Counted from the first letter of the stretch, positions 27,544-38,253 are shown. The stretch: 64,000 nt of DNA from Pseudomonadota bacterium (GCA_016202695.1 JACQOE010000048.1:18292-82291), one strand, 5' to 3'. The notes: generated from the letters alone by a model not told the origin. Numbers and translations: made by a program.

Positions 27544-28731
27544 ATGAACGCCTTCATCGCCATCGTCTTCGCGAGCCTGCTCTCGCGGCTCGGCTACCAG
27601 ATGGCGCGAAGCCCGGTGCTGCCGCGCTTCGCCGAGGACCTGGGGGCGGCGCCCGAGATGATCGGGGTGATCGTCGCCGCCTCGACGGTGACCGGCGCCT
27701 TCTTCAAGCTGCCCGCGGGCGCGCTCTCCGACGTGCTCGGCCGCAAGCGGATGATGGCGCTGGGGGGGCTCTTCTTCGCCGTCCCGCCGTTCTTCTATCC
27801 CCTGGTTTCCGACGCCGCGACGCTGCTCGTCCTGCGCTTCGTCCACGGCTTCGCGACCGCCATCTTCTCGCCGGTCGCCGCAGCCTACGTCGCCGGCCTC
27901 GCCGAGCGGGGGCGCGGGGCGCGCCTGGGCTGGTTCTCGTCGAGCAACGACATCGGCGCCACGGCGGGGCCGCTCCTCGGCGGCCTCGTCCTCTACTACA
28001 CCGCGAGCTATGCGGCGACCTACCTGCTCGTCGGCGCGCTCGGCGCGCTGACCCTCGCCGCCGTCCTCCTGGTGCCCGAGACGGACGGCTTCGCGCGGCG
28101 CGAGAGGACGCCCCTCGCCGTCCGCGCCGCCGCGTTCCGGCAGGGGCTGCGCGAGGTCGCGGGCACCCCGGCGGTCATCGTCGCCTCGCTCGTCGAGGCG
28201 GTGATGTGGCTGGGCTTCGGCGCCTTCCTCGGCTTCCTGCCGATCTACGCCAAGGCGGCCGGCCGCAACGACGCCGAGATCGCGCTCGTCCTCGGCGTCC
28301 AGCTCGCGGTGGCCATGGTGGCGAAGCCGCTCGCCGGCCACGCCTCCGACCGGCTCGGGCGCAAGCCGGCGATCGTCGTCGGCCTCCTGCTCTGCGCGGT
28401 GGCGCTGCCGCTGGTCTTCCGGGCCGGGAGCCTGGCGGCGCTGATCGCGCTCGCGCCGCTCCTCGGCCTCGGCGTCGCCGCCGTGACCCCGGTCACCAAC
28501 GCGCTCATCGCCGACCTCGTCGAGAGCCGGCGCCTCGGCGCGGCAATGGGCGTGTTCGGCACGATCTGGGACATCGGCGAGGCCGCGGGCCCGATTCTCG
28601 CCGGGTTCCTCATCGGCGGACTCGGCTACGCCCCGGCGTTCGACGCGATCGCCCTGACCATGGTCGCGGCGACCGGCGCGCTCGCGGTCCTGGTCAGGGA
28701 TCCGGCGGCGCCGACGGGCGGGCGCGCGTAG
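27544..28731 (+). CDS. MFS transporter
   Basis: About 12 TM segments; motif A twice (GALSDVLGRK, GHASDRLGRK); alternative GTG start at 27538. Confidence 0.92.
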   Translation: MNAFIAIVFASLLSRLGYQMARSPVLPRFAEDLGAAPEMIGVIVAASTVTGAFFKLPAGALSDVLGRKRMMALGGLFFAVPPFFYPLVSDAATLLVLRFVHGFATAIFSPVAAAYVAGLAERGRGARLGWFSSSNDIGATAGPLLGGLVLYYTASYAATYLLVGALGALTLAAVLLVPETDGFARRERTPLAVRAAAFRQGLREVAGTPAVIVASLVEAVMWLGFGAFLGFLPIYAKAAGRNDAEIALVLGVQLAVAMVAKPLAGHASDRLGRKPAIVVGLLLCAVALPLVFRAGSLAALIALAPLLGLGVAAVTPVTNALIADLVESRRLGAAMGVFGTIWDIGEAAGPILAGFLIGGLGYAPAFDAIALTMVAATGALAVLVRDPAAPTGGRA

Positions 28732-28797
28732 CCCCGCCTCCCCCTGTCGCCGTGCCGCTTGCGCTCGAGCCGCGAGCGGCCTGGCGGGGCCGCGCCC

Positions 28798-30894
28798 TCA
28801 CGCCGGCTTCAGGTCGATGACGATGTTGCCGTAGTCGTCGACCTCGGCCTCGCCGTCGGCCGGGATGATGCAGGTGGCGTCGTACTCCTCGACGATGCAG
28901 GGGCCCTTCCTCCGGCTCCTGAGGTCGGTGCGGCCGATGACCGGCAGCTCGATCCAGCCCGCCTCGGGCCCGAAATAGGCGCGCCGGCTGCTGGGCCGGG
29001 TCGCGGCCGCGTGCTCGTCGATGCGGATGCGCTCGGGCACGCGCGGGGTGGTGGGGATGCCCTGGCCGACGACGTGGAAGCTCACCACCTCGACCGGCTC
29101 CTCGGGGCCGGCGCGGTGGCCGTAGGTCCGCTCGTGTTCCTGGCCGAAGCGCTCCTCGAGCTCGACCAGAGAATGCCGCGTCACCGGGCCGTCGGGCATG
29201 GGCACGGTGAGCTCGTAGGACTGGCCCTGATAGCGCATGCTGGCGGCGCGCTTGGCCCGGCTCTCGGCGGCGGTGAAGCCGTCGGCCTTGAGCTGGGCCA
29301 TCGCCTCCTTCTCCATGCCGCCGACCACCCGCGCGACCAGCTTGGGATCGACGGTCCGTACCATGCACCAGTGGGTGCGCGAGTAGTGGTGCTCGACCTC
29401 GGAGTAGAGGAGGCCGAAGGAGGAGAAGACGCCGGGCGAGGGCGGCACCACGATCCGCCGCATCTGCAGCGACTCGGCGATGCCGGCGGCGAACAGTGGG
29501 CCGTTGCCGCCGAAGGCGAAGAGCGCGTACTCGCGCGGGTCGCGGCCGCGCTCGGAGGAGACCGCCTTGATCGCCCGGATCATGTTGGAGGCGGCGATCT
29601 TGTGCGCGCCGAGCGCCGCGTGCGCGACCTCGAGGCCAAGCCGCTTGGCGATCGTGTCGGCGAAGATCTTGTGCGACTTGGCCGCGTTCAGCTTCACCTC
29701 GCCGCCGCACAGGAACTCGGGGTTGATGTAGCCGAGGACGACGTTGGCGTCGGTGACCGTGGGCTCGGTGCCGCCGATGTCGTAGCACACCGGGCCCGGC
29801 ACCGCGCCGGCGCTGGTCGGGCCCACCTGCAGCGAGCCGGCGGGGTCGATCCAGACGTGCGAGCCGCCGCCGGCGCCCACCTCGGCGAGGTCGATGGCCG
29901 GCACCTTCAGGAGGTAGCCGGCCCCGGTCAGGAGCCGCGAGCCGATCATGATCCCGGCCCCCACCTGGTACTCGGAGGCGCGGGTGACCTCGCCGTTCTC
30001 GATCAGCGACGCCTTGGCGGTGGTCCCGCCCATGTCGAAGCTGATGACCTTGCCGAGCCCCATCCGGTGGGCCAGCTGCTGCGAGCCCACCACGCCCGCG
30101 GCCGGGCCAGACTCGATCACGTTGCACGGCATCTCGGCCGCGGCCTCGGAGGGGGTCAGGCCGCCGTTGGACTGCATCAGGAGCAGCGGCGCCTTGATCT
30201 TGGCGCGGTCGAGCTCGCTGCGCAGGCGGGCGAGATAGGTGCGCACGATCGGCATCACGTAGGCGTTGATCACCGTGGTCGAGGTGCGCTCGTACTCGCG
30301 GATCTCGGGCAGCACCTCGCTCGAGATGCAGGTCAGGAGCTTCGGCGCGCGCTTCTGCACGATCTCCTTGATCCGCTTCTCGTGGGCGGGGTTGGCGTAG
30401 GAGTGCAGGAGGCAGACCGCCAGGGCTTCGATCTTCTCCTTGAGCAGGAAGTCGAGCTCCTTCCTCACGTCGGCCTCTTTGAGCTTCACCTGCACGTTGC
30501 CCTTGGCGTCGAGGCGCTCCTCGACCTCGCGGCGCAGGTAGCGCTCGACCAGCGGCACCGGCTTCTCCCAGGCGAGGTCGTAGAGGCGCGGCATGCGCAG
30601 GCGCCGGATCTCGAGCACGTCGCGGAAGCCCTTGGTGGTGATGAGGCCGGTCTTCGCCCCCTTGTGCTCGAGGATCGCGTTCGAGGCGACGGTGGTCGCG
30701 TGCAGCACCTCGGAGACGTCGGCCGGCGTGAGCCGGTGCTCGCGCATCACCTCGTCGAGCCCCTCGATGATGGCGCGGGCGTAGTCGTCCACGCTCGACG
30801 AGACCTTCTTGGTGTGCAGCTCGCCGGCGGCGTTGAGGAAGACGATGTCGGTAAAGGTGCCGCCGATATCGACGCCGACACGGAAACGGGCCAT
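28798..30894 (-). CDS. hydantoinase/oxoprolinase family subunit A (copy 3)
   Basis: GVDIGGTFTD, SGPAAG, DMGGTT, IDLAEVGAGGGS. Confidence 0.93.
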   Translation of the reverse strand: MARFRVGVDIGGTFTDIVFLNAAGELHTKKVSSSVDDYARAIIEGLDEVMREHRLTPADVSEVLHATTVASNAILEHKGAKTGLITTKGFRDVLEIRRLRMPRLYDLAWEKPVPLVERYLRREVEERLDAKGNVQVKLKEADVRKELDFLLKEKIEALAVCLLHSYANPAHEKRIKEIVQKRAPKLLTCISSEVLPEIREYERTSTTVINAYVMPIVRTYLARLRSELDRAKIKAPLLLMQSNGGLTPSEAAAEMPCNVIESGPAAGVVGSQQLAHRMGLGKVISFDMGGTTAKASLIENGEVTRASEYQVGAGIMIGSRLLTGAGYLLKVPAIDLAEVGAGGGSHVWIDPAGSLQVGPTSAGAVPGPVCYDIGGTEPTVTDANVVLGYINPEFLCGGEVKLNAAKSHKIFADTIAKRLGLEVAHAALGAHKIAASNMIRAIKAVSSERGRDPREYALFAFGGNGPLFAAGIAESLQMRRIVVPPSPGVFSSFGLLYSEVEHHYSRTHWCMVRTVDPKLVARVVGGMEKEAMAQLKADGFTAAESRAKRAASMRYQGQSYELTVPMPDGPVTRHSLVELEERFGQEHERTYGHRAGPEEPVEVVSFHVVGQGIPTTPRVPERIRIDEHAAATRPSSRRAYFGPEAGWIELPVIGRTDLRSRRKGPCIVEEYDATCIIPADGEAEVDDYGNIVIDLKPA

Positions 30895-30924
30895 GGTGAC
30901 GTTCCTCCTTGATCTTCCAGGATG

Positions 30925-32718
30925 TTACTGGGGCCGTACGCCTTCGGGCAGCGGGCCGCGCTCGACGAAGGGCACCTTGGCCCACCGTCGCTTGCGCCGC
31001 AGCTCGTGGCGGAGTTTGTCGGTGGCGGCCTCGTCCACCGTCCAACTGCCGGGGTCGATGGCGACCCCGTACTCCCGGCGCGCGGTCTCCGGGCTGACAT
31101 AGCCGTTGCGGACGTCCTTCAGCACCCGCCAGGTCTCGCGCTCCAGGGGATCGCCCCATCCGCCCCCGCCCGCGGAATCGTAACGGAAGACGTCGCCCTG
31201 CCGGATCATGCGGGTGACCTTGGAGGTCATCACCTCGGCGTTCCGGCCCGGGTTGAGGACGTTGATCGAGGGGCCGCCCGGCCCGCCGCCGTAGAGCCCG
31301 AAGGGGCGGAAGGCGCGGCGGTCGTTGCGGATCTGGAGCACCGCCTCGGCGGCGGTGAAGCGATAGTCGCGCCGATAGGCGGCGCCGCCGCGGAACCTGC
31401 CGGCGCCGGCCGAGTCGGTGATGAACTCGTAGGCGAGCATCTGGAGCGGGTGCTCGACCTCGGTCATCTCGACGGTCGAGGAGGAGAGGTTGGCGAACAG
31501 GCTGGCGTTGCCCTGCAGCCCGTCGGCGAAGGGGCGCCCGCCCCAGGCGCCGCAGCCGAAGTCGACGTAGATGAAGGGCGTGCGGTCGGCGTAGTAGCCG
31601 CCGACCGAGACGCCGATGTTGCCGCCGTCGGAGGCGGCGAACACCTTGTCCGGGCACATCTTGGCGAGCGCCCCGAAGGCGCAGTCGGTCATGCGGAAGC
31701 CGGTCAGCCCCCGCGCCGCGCTGGCGCCCGGCAACACCACGTTGGCGATGGTGCCGGGGGGCGCGACCACCTCGACGCAGCGGAAGAACCCCTCGTTGGC
31801 GGGGATGTCGCCAGGCAGGACCGACTTCAGGGCGCAGTAGACCACCGCCTTGGTGAAGGAGAGGGTGTTGTTGATCGCCCCCTTCACCTGCGGCGAGGTT
31901 CCGGTCCAGTCGGCGCGGATGCGGTCGCCCTTCTTGATGAACGCCACCTTGAGCCGGATCGGCTTGCCGAAGTCCACCCCGTCGTCGTCGATCCAGTCCT
32001 CGAAGTCGAACACTCCGTCGGGCAGCTCGCCGATCGCGATCCGCGCGAACCGTTCGCTGTAGTTCAGGATCTCCTCGAGGTAATGCTTGACGTCGGCCAT
32101 GCCGTAGCTCGCCACCAGGTCCGCCATCCCCTCCTCGGCGGTGTGGCAGGCGGCGAGCTGGGCGCGGATGTCGCCGAACACGCGCACCGGCACCCGCACG
32201 TTCTTCGCGATGAGGCTGTGGATCGCCTCGTCGCGTTTGCCCTCCACGTAGTACCTGAGCGGCGGGATGCGCAGCCCCTCCTGGTAGGTCTCGGTCGAGT
32301 CGGCGGCGTTCGAGCCCGCCACCCGCCCGCCGACGTCGGTGTGATGGCAGATGGTGGCGGCGAAGGCCACCCGCTCGCCCTGCACGTAGACCGGCTTGAA
32401 GAGGAAGATGTCGGGGAGGTGCATCCCGCCGTCGAAGGGGTCGTTGAGGATGTAGACGTCGCCCGGGCGGATGTCGTTGCCGTAGTGGCGCATCACCGCC
32501 TCCATGGCGGTCGGCATCGAGCCCAGGTGCCCGGGCAGCGTCAGCCCCTGCGCCACCAGCCGCCCGCCGGCGTCGCAGATCGCGGTGGAATAGTCCATGT
32601 TGTCCTTGAGCACCCCGGAATAGGTGGTCCGGAGCACGGTCAAGGCCATCTCGTCGGCAAGGGAGAAGATCGAGTTCTTGAACAGCTCGAACGCGATCGG
32701 ATCGCGCACCGCATTCAT
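30925..32718 (-). CDS. hydantoinase B/oxoprolinase family subunit (copy 3)
   Basis: MNAVRDPIAFEL; NDPFDGGMHLPD, HHTDVGGRVAGS, GGGGWGDP. Confidence 0.93.
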   Translation of the reverse strand: MNAVRDPIAFELFKNSIFSLADEMALTVLRTTYSGVLKDNMDYSTAICDAGGRLVAQGLTLPGHLGSMPTAMEAVMRHYGNDIRPGDVYILNDPFDGGMHLPDIFLFKPVYVQGERVAFAATICHHTDVGGRVAGSNAADSTETYQEGLRIPPLRYYVEGKRDEAIHSLIAKNVRVPVRVFGDIRAQLAACHTAEEGMADLVASYGMADVKHYLEEILNYSERFARIAIGELPDGVFDFEDWIDDDGVDFGKPIRLKVAFIKKGDRIRADWTGTSPQVKGAINNTLSFTKAVVYCALKSVLPGDIPANEGFFRCVEVVAPPGTIANVVLPGASAARGLTGFRMTDCAFGALAKMCPDKVFAASDGGNIGVSVGGYYADRTPFIYVDFGCGAWGGRPFADGLQGNASLFANLSSSTVEMTEVEHPLQMLAYEFITDSAGAGRFRGGAAYRRDYRFTAAEAVLQIRNDRRAFRPFGLYGGGPGGPSINVLNPGRNAEVMTSKVTRMIRQGDVFRYDSAGGGGWGDPLERETWRVLKDVRNGYVSPETARREYGVAIDPGSWTVDEAATDKLRHELRRKRRWAKVPFVERGPLPEGVRPQ

Positions 32719-32966
32719 GCCCGGAGGACTCCTTGACTGGCCGGCGCGGCCCTGCCCGCCCCTCGCGTTCATCCACGGGCGCAGGCATGAGGCGCCGACA
32801 GGTAGTTACCCCATGGCGCCTCCGAACGCCAGCCCCAACCGACTCCCGGCGGGCGGGGGAGGAAGGGACGAGCGGCCGAAAGCCCGGGTCAAGGGCCGGC
32901 GGAGGAGGCCCGACGCCCCTTCGCCCTCGGCGGCATCGGAGGCGGCCGGTCCGGCCGGGATAGGCT

Positions 32967-33896
32967 CTAGCGCGCGCGGACGGTGACGTTGATGTTGTCG
33001 GCGTGCGGCCCGGCGAGCGCGTTGTCGAGGGTGCCGACGGTGGCCGAGACGGTGAATCGATCGCCGGTGGCGGTCGTCGGCCCGGCTCCTTCGGCGACCA
33101 CCGCGTGGGGTGCGCCGAGATCGACCGCGTCGCCGTTCACCGTGAGCAGATAGGGCACGCTGCTGTCGGCAAGGGTGACATGCCGCATCACCCCCCGGTT
33201 CTCGGAGGAAAACAGCATGGTGTAGTCGGTATTGGCGCGCACCAGGACGTCGGCGTTCCGTATCTCGCCCGTCTCGAGGCGACCGAAATCCAGGGTGCGG
33301 CGCGTGGCGTAGGGATCGAAGAGGGCGCCGCAGCCGACCACGCAGACCTGCACGGTGGGGCGCACCCGGGCGTCGATGCGCACGCCCTGCGACCGCTTGA
33401 AGACGTGGTTGGTGAGCGTTCCTTCGTAGAGCGAAAGGGTAATCTGGTCGGCGTAGGAACCGGGAGGAACGACCTGCAGCGGGGGAACCTCGACGTAATA
33501 GGAGAGCTCGACGGTTTCCAGCCCGGGGCCGAATTCGCCCGCGAGCACCTCGGCTGCCGAGGCCTCGGGCAGGGCCTTCAGCACGTTGCTCTTGCTCGGC
33601 CCGTCGTAGACCTGGTAGGCGAGCTCGTCGGCCCCCGAGGCGAGGCGACGGTCGTAGCTTCCGGCCCCGCCGGGCGAGAAGGTGACGAAGAACGCGCAGG
33701 CGTCGCCGGCCTTGTGGCGGACCTCGAAGAACACCGTTTCGGCCCGGGCCGTGGGCTCGAAGACCTCGTAGCGGTCGCCGCCGCGGAAGCGCACGGATCC
33801 CATCCGCTGCAGGTCGATATCGCAGGCGCCGAGCGCCTCGCCGAGCGGCGCGAGCGCGGCGAGCAGGAGGGCGACGAACGGCAGGGCTTTCGGCAT
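32967..33896 (-). CDS. spore-coat-U/Csu-type two-domain pilus tip subunit (adhesin)
   Basis: Signal peptide ending ALG-AC; C.FFVTFS.G..G.Y.R.L..G...L.YQ.Y, PGSYADQITL, GPHADNINVTV. Confidence 0.8.
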   Translation of the reverse strand: MPKALPFVALLLAALAPLGEALGACDIDLQRMGSVRFRGGDRYEVFEPTARAETVFFEVRHKAGDACAFFVTFSPGGAGSYDRRLASGADELAYQVYDGPSKSNVLKALPEASAAEVLAGEFGPGLETVELSYYVEVPPLQVVPPGSYADQITLSLYEGTLTNHVFKRSQGVRIDARVRPTVQVCVVGCGALFDPYATRRTLDFGRLETGEIRNADVLVRANTDYTMLFSSENRGVMRHVTLADSSVPYLLTVNGDAVDLGAPHAVVAEGAGPTTATGDRFTVSATVGTLDNALAGPHADNINVTVRAR

Positions 33897-33909
33897 CCTC
33901 CCGGGCTCC

Positions 33910-36495
33910 CTACTCGCGTGGTCTCGGCTCGGGCGCGCGCGGCCCGGGGGCGGCAGGCGCCGGGACCGGGGCCGCCCCCTCGGCGGTGCGCAGCACGAGG
34001 GCGCCGGCGTCGTAGCGCCCCTCGGTGCCCTCGGGGATGACGAACGGGATCGGCGCCTCGGGGTGGGCGTAGAGCCTGAGATGGTAGCGGCCGGGGAGCA
34101 GCCCCTCGGCGACGAACTTGCCCACCCGGTTGCTGAACATGAGGATCGGCGGGTGATCGGGGCGGTCGAGGAAGACGATCTCGCCCGCCTGCAGGCCAAC
34201 CGGCCGCCCGTCCTCTCCCTTGAGCGCGCCGACGAGGAACACCCGCGCCTCGGTCCCGACCTGGATCATGGTCCCACTCTTGTAGGTGGGGAGGAGATGG
34301 AACGACTGCTCGCCGAGCTCGTAGCCGACCGGAAGGTCGGGAGCATCGATCATCACATGGGTGACGCGGTAGGGCGAGAGCTCGGGCAGCACCGCCGGCC
34401 CGAGCCGGTCGATCCGCGCCAGGTAGGCGTGGTCGCGCGGGTTGACCTCGATCGGCTGGCCCTCGAGGTTCGGGTGCGGGGCGATGATCGCGAAGCTGTT
34501 CGAGACCAGCCGGCCGAGGCCGACCCGCCCGCCGGCGAAGACGATGGCCCCGTCGGCCCTGAGCGTGCTGGTCCGCTCGGTCGCGTCGCCGGGGTCGAAG
34601 TGCCGTGGCCGCGAGACGTCGTGATCGAGGGCGAGGCGCCCGCGCGTACCCGTATAGAGCACCTCGCCGGAGAGGTCCTGGGTCTCGGGGCCACGCTCCA
34701 GGCTGGCCGAGGCGGCGACCTCGCCGACCTGGTCGAAGGGCGTGTAGCGCCAGTCGAGGCGCGAGGTGGCGGGATAGGTCTCGCGCGTCAGCAGCACGCT
34801 CTGGCGGCCCTCGTAGAGGGGGATGTTGACCGTGAACAGGGCCGTGCCCGAGATCACGCCCTCGGTATCCACCCGGCGTTCGAAGCGGAGCGTCGAGGTG
34901 ATGCCGTCCCGGAAGCTGCGGGTGAAATAGAGGTTGGCGCCGTTGGTGTTGCGCCGCGAAACGCGCCCGACCTGGTAGTCGGCGCCGAGGCCGACGGAGA
35001 GGTCCCAGAACCACTTCTGACTGTATCCGGCGGCGAAGTTGAGCGCCACCGGGTTGGTCGGGGCGAGGCGGCCGAGGGAGGCGAAGTCGCGCCCCTGGTA
35101 GGTTGTCGAGAACGACCATGTGCGCCGCCAGGGGTTGGTCGGCCGGGGATCGCTGTAGCGGTACTGCAGGCGCGCCGCGAGGTCGGGGCCGGCGGCATCG
35201 GTGCGACTGGCGGCGAGGTCGGTGCGGACCGTGCCGAGCACCCCGGCGACCGTCGCCTCCACCCCCGCCATCTGCTGGTCGCCGCTGCCCTGGAGGTTGG
35301 CGCCGAGGGTGGCGATCTCGCTCAGACCGGCGCGGTGGAACAGCGAGAAGGTTGGGAAGGCGTGCTCGTACTTGCGCAGGCCGCCGGCGGTCTGCGACGG
35401 CAGCCCGACATTGTAGGCGAACTCGTCCTCGCCGGGCGCGAGCAGGGCGCTCTCGAAGACGTAGGGGAAGTGAAGCACCTCCTCGCGGCCGACATCGTCG
35501 GTGAGCTTGACGCGCACGTCGTTGACGCCCGAGGCGAAGGGGAAGTCGCGGACGTTGTAGCTCCCGGCGGGAAGGCGCTGGGTGCTGACGAGGCGGTCGT
35601 TGACGTAGATCTCGGCCTTCGCCGTCCGATCCAGCCGGAACTCGGCCTCGCCGGTCGGCTGGGTCACCCGGTAGGGCTGGAGGCTGAAGTTCTTGGCCAG
35701 GGTGAGGCCGCCCATCGGCACGAAGCTCTGGAACCCGACCCGGGGATAGGAGAGATCGCCGGCGCTATAGCGCCACATGCGCCCGATGTCGTCGTGCACC
35801 AGGCGGAAATCCCCGCGCTGCCAGGGCCGGGCCGCATCCTCGGTATAGTTGGCGACCCCCTCCGCCACCCACCCCTGCAGGTTGAAGGCGCCGTCGAGGT
35901 CGGCGCGCACCGGCTGGCGCCCGGTGCGGACTCCGGTTCGCGCGGTGTGGCGCTCGGCGACGGCCGAGCGCAGGTTGACGAAGGCGCTGACCGGCGCCGG
36001 GGCAAGCGCGGTCCTGGCCTCGGGGGGCGGGCCGACGCGGCGAAGCCTGAGCTGGAGCGTGCGCCGGAGGCTGGCCGGGATGGTGATCCGGAGCACCAGG
36101 GCGAGCTCGTCGAAGACCGCATCGAGCCCTTGGCGGCGGAGGTCCCGGAACGGGAGATAGCCCTTGGGGTCGACGGCGGACTCGAGCGCGGCGAGCGGCT
36201 CCTCCTGCAGCACGCGGCCGACCTCGGCGAGGAGCGGAACGGCGTCGATGCGAAGCTCAGCCGGATCGGGCGAGATGACGACGCGAACCTCGCCCATGAA
36301 CCGGCCGTCCAGGTAGTAGGGAACCGAAACCGTCCGTTCGGCGGCCGGAGCCGAGGGCTTGCCGAAGACGCGGCGGAAGATCTCCTCCTGCGTCGCCGCC
36401 TGCGCCAGGGCGCCGTGCGGGCCGAGCGGAAGCGGTCGGATCAACCAGGCGGGGGGGAGGAGCAAGAGGTCGAGGGCGGAGAGGACGACCAGCAA
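33910..36495 (-). CDS. outer-membrane fimbrial usher (CsuD-like); start uncertain (TTG 36495 or GTG 36693)
   Basis: Beta-strand-rich, about 860 aa; RGDFRLVHD, AGDL, PMGGLTLAKNF, LLAPG..EF.Y..G, LSPY; lies between chaperone and tip subunit. Confidence 0.85.
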   Translation of the reverse strand: MLVVLSALDLLLLPPAWLIRPLPLGPHGALAQAATQEEIFRRVFGKPSAPAAERTVSVPYYLDGRFMGEVRVVISPDPAELRIDAVPLLAEVGRVLQEEPLAALESAVDPKGYLPFRDLRRQGLDAVFDELALVLRITIPASLRRTLQLRLRRVGPPPEARTALAPAPVSAFVNLRSAVAERHTARTGVRTGRQPVRADLDGAFNLQGWVAEGVANYTEDAARPWQRGDFRLVHDDIGRMWRYSAGDLSYPRVGFQSFVPMGGLTLAKNFSLQPYRVTQPTGEAEFRLDRTAKAEIYVNDRLVSTQRLPAGSYNVRDFPFASGVNDVRVKLTDDVGREEVLHFPYVFESALLAPGEDEFAYNVGLPSQTAGGLRKYEHAFPTFSLFHRAGLSEIATLGANLQGSGDQQMAGVEATVAGVLGTVRTDLAASRTDAAGPDLAARLQYRYSDPRPTNPWRRTWSFSTTYQGRDFASLGRLAPTNPVALNFAAGYSQKWFWDLSVGLGADYQVGRVSRRNTNGANLYFTRSFRDGITSTLRFERRVDTEGVISGTALFTVNIPLYEGRQSVLLTRETYPATSRLDWRYTPFDQVGEVAASASLERGPETQDLSGEVLYTGTRGRLALDHDVSRPRHFDPGDATERTSTLRADGAIVFAGGRVGLGRLVSNSFAIIAPHPNLEGQPIEVNPRDHAYLARIDRLGPAVLPELSPYRVTHVMIDAPDLPVGYELGEQSFHLLPTYKSGTMIQVGTEARVFLVGALKGEDGRPVGLQAGEIVFLDRPDHPPILMFSNRVGKFVAEGLLPGRYHLRLYAHPEAPIPFVIPEGTEGRYDAGALVLRTAEGAAPVPAPAAPGPRAPEPRPRE

Positions 36496-36591
36496 GGCCC
36501 GCCGAACCGAGGCCGGCCGAGAGCGCCCGGCGCGAAAGCGGCGGTGCCCTTCCTCGCCCCCCTTCGGGCGCGCGCCGCCGGCGCTTGACCG

Positions 36592-36644
36592 AGAGCCTGC
36601 TTCGATACCCGTCGCGAGCCGCGACGGGTATCGAGACAGGCTTT
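36592..36644. repeat. 53-bp near-perfect palindrome between chaperone and usher
   Basis: AGAGCCTGCTTCGATACCCGTCGCG-AGC-CGCGACGGGTATCGAGACAGGCTTT (22/25 matched arms). Confidence 0.8.
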
Positions 36645-36701
36645 GAGCCGATGCCGGGCATCGCCGCCGCGCCCGGTCACGGCGACCGGGCACGGGACCG
36701 C

Positions 36702-37526
36702 TCAGCGCATGTATTCGGTCGTGAGGCCCGCCTGGAGGGCGCCGGTCCCCAGCCCGTTCGGCCAGGGCAGAAGGAAGCGCCGCTTGGTCCCGGCCAGGAT
36801 GTTGGCATTGGCGATCGTGCCTTCGAGCCGCTCCGGTCCCAGCTCGACCGCGGTCCCCTGCCCGCTGCCGGGCGCGACCGCGGTCACCCGCAGGCGCGGA
36901 TTGTGAAGGATACCATGGCCGTCGCCGCGATTGTGCAGGGTGACCTCGATCATGCGCGCGCCGGCGGCGCCGGTCGTGGACTGGACCGAGTCCACGGCCA
37001 CCTCGGGCTTCACCCCTTTGGGGGTGACGTAGATCGAGCCTTCGTAGCGAAGCAGCAGTCGGATCGTCCCGCGGGTGCCCTCGGGCTGCTTCTCGAGCTC
37101 GATCGGAAGCTGCTCGGCGATGATGCGGAAGGCCAGCTCCTGCGCCGGATTCGGTTCCCCGACCCAGCTCACCCGCACGACCTGAACCTTGTCGGGCATC
37201 ACCACCATCTGCGGCGGATAGACGACGAAATCGTCGTCGGCGGCGATGTAGGTTTCCTTGCCGTCGAGGTCCATCCGGCGCTCGACCATCGTGATCTGCA
37301 CCGCCACCGGCTTGTCGGTGTTGTTGATCACGCCGAACGACTGGGTTGCGCCGCGCCCGGCGGGCTCGAACTCCATGACGATGGGAACCAGCCGGAACGC
37401 CGCGGCCGGGCCGGCCGCCAATGCCGTGGCCAACGCAACCAGGACACACAGCAGCCAGCCCCACGCGATACCCCGGGAGAGGCGGACCCCCCCGCCACTC
37501 CGAGGCGCCTTTTCCATCGCGCCCAT
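36702..37526 (-). CDS. periplasmic pilus chaperone (PapD/CsuC-like)
   Basis: AAGGAGG RBS; signal peptide, F.VYPPQ, Q.VRV.W.G, ELAFRII.EQLP, N.G..H. Confidence 0.88.
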   Translation of the reverse strand: MGAMEKAPRSGGGVRLSRGIAWGWLLCVLVALATALAAGPAAAFRLVPIVMEFEPAGRGATQSFGVINNTDKPVAVQITMVERRMDLDGKETYIAADDDFVVYPPQMVVMPDKVQVVRVSWVGEPNPAQELAFRIIAEQLPIELEKQPEGTRGTIRLLLRYEGSIYVTPKGVKPEVAVDSVQSTTGAAGARMIEVTLHNRGDGHGILHNPRLRVTAVAPGSGQGTAVELGPERLEGTIANANILAGTKRRFLLPWPNGLGTGALQAGLTTEYMR

Positions 37527-37560
37527 GATCCCCTCCTTCGGTGACCGGCGTCGCCCGGCG

Positions 37561-38103
37561 TCAGCTCGAGGTGATGGTGAAGGTCAACGTCTCGGTGTAG
37601 GTCCCGGACGGCAACACCCCGCTGATCGTGTAGGTGATCTCCGCCGTGCTGACGGTGCCGCCGAGGTCGATCGTGCCCTTGGTGAGCCAGCTCGCCTCGC
37701 CGCTCGCGAAGGTGAGCGCGGACCCGGCATCCTTGTGCACGTCGAACGTCAGCGCCTCCTCGGCAGCCGCGTTCCACAGGCAGGGCGAGGTCGCGGTCGC
37801 GCAGCGCGAGCCGGCGACCAGATTTGCCGAACTCACCTTCACCGTATACCCGGCCGGGTTGTTCGACTTGGTGGTGACCGGGTCGGCCACTTCGAGCTTG
37901 GTCACCGTCTGCTCGGTGGTGAGGTCGAGGTTGGTCGGCGTCCCCGACGGCGTGACGGTGATGGTGACCACGATCGCAACACTCCCTTGCAGGCCCAGGG
38001 TCGCCTGCGCGGTGACCGCCTGGGCCGTCTCGCTGCCGCCCAGGACCAGCGAGGTCCCGAGGGCGGTTGCCGCCAACAGGCCGGCGATTCGGGTCTTGAA
38101 CAT
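37561..38103 (-). CDS. major pilin subunit of the chaperone-usher pilus
   Basis: AAAGGAAA RBS; signal peptide ending AQA; Thr-rich beta protein, SNNPAGYTV, Cys pair, C-terminal SGTYTETLTFTI. Confidence 0.78.
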   Translation of the reverse strand: MFKTRIAGLLAATALGTSLVLGGSETAQAVTAQATLGLQGSVAIVVTITVTPSGTPTNLDLTTEQTVTKLEVADPVTTKSNNPAGYTVKVSSANLVAGSRCATATSPCLWNAAAEEALTFDVHKDAGSALTFASGEASWLTKGTIDLGGTVSTAEITYTISGVLPSGTYTETLTFTITSS

Positions 38104-38253
38104 GGGAGTTTCCTTTCTCTTCTCGTTGGCTGCTTCCTGCCCTCTCGCCCCCCGGGGCGGGTCGGCCCTCCGTCCGCCCCGTTGGCCGGGCGGGTCGGAG
38201 CAGGAATTCACATTTCTATATGTAATAATCCGTTCGGTCACTTGGAAGGGGTT

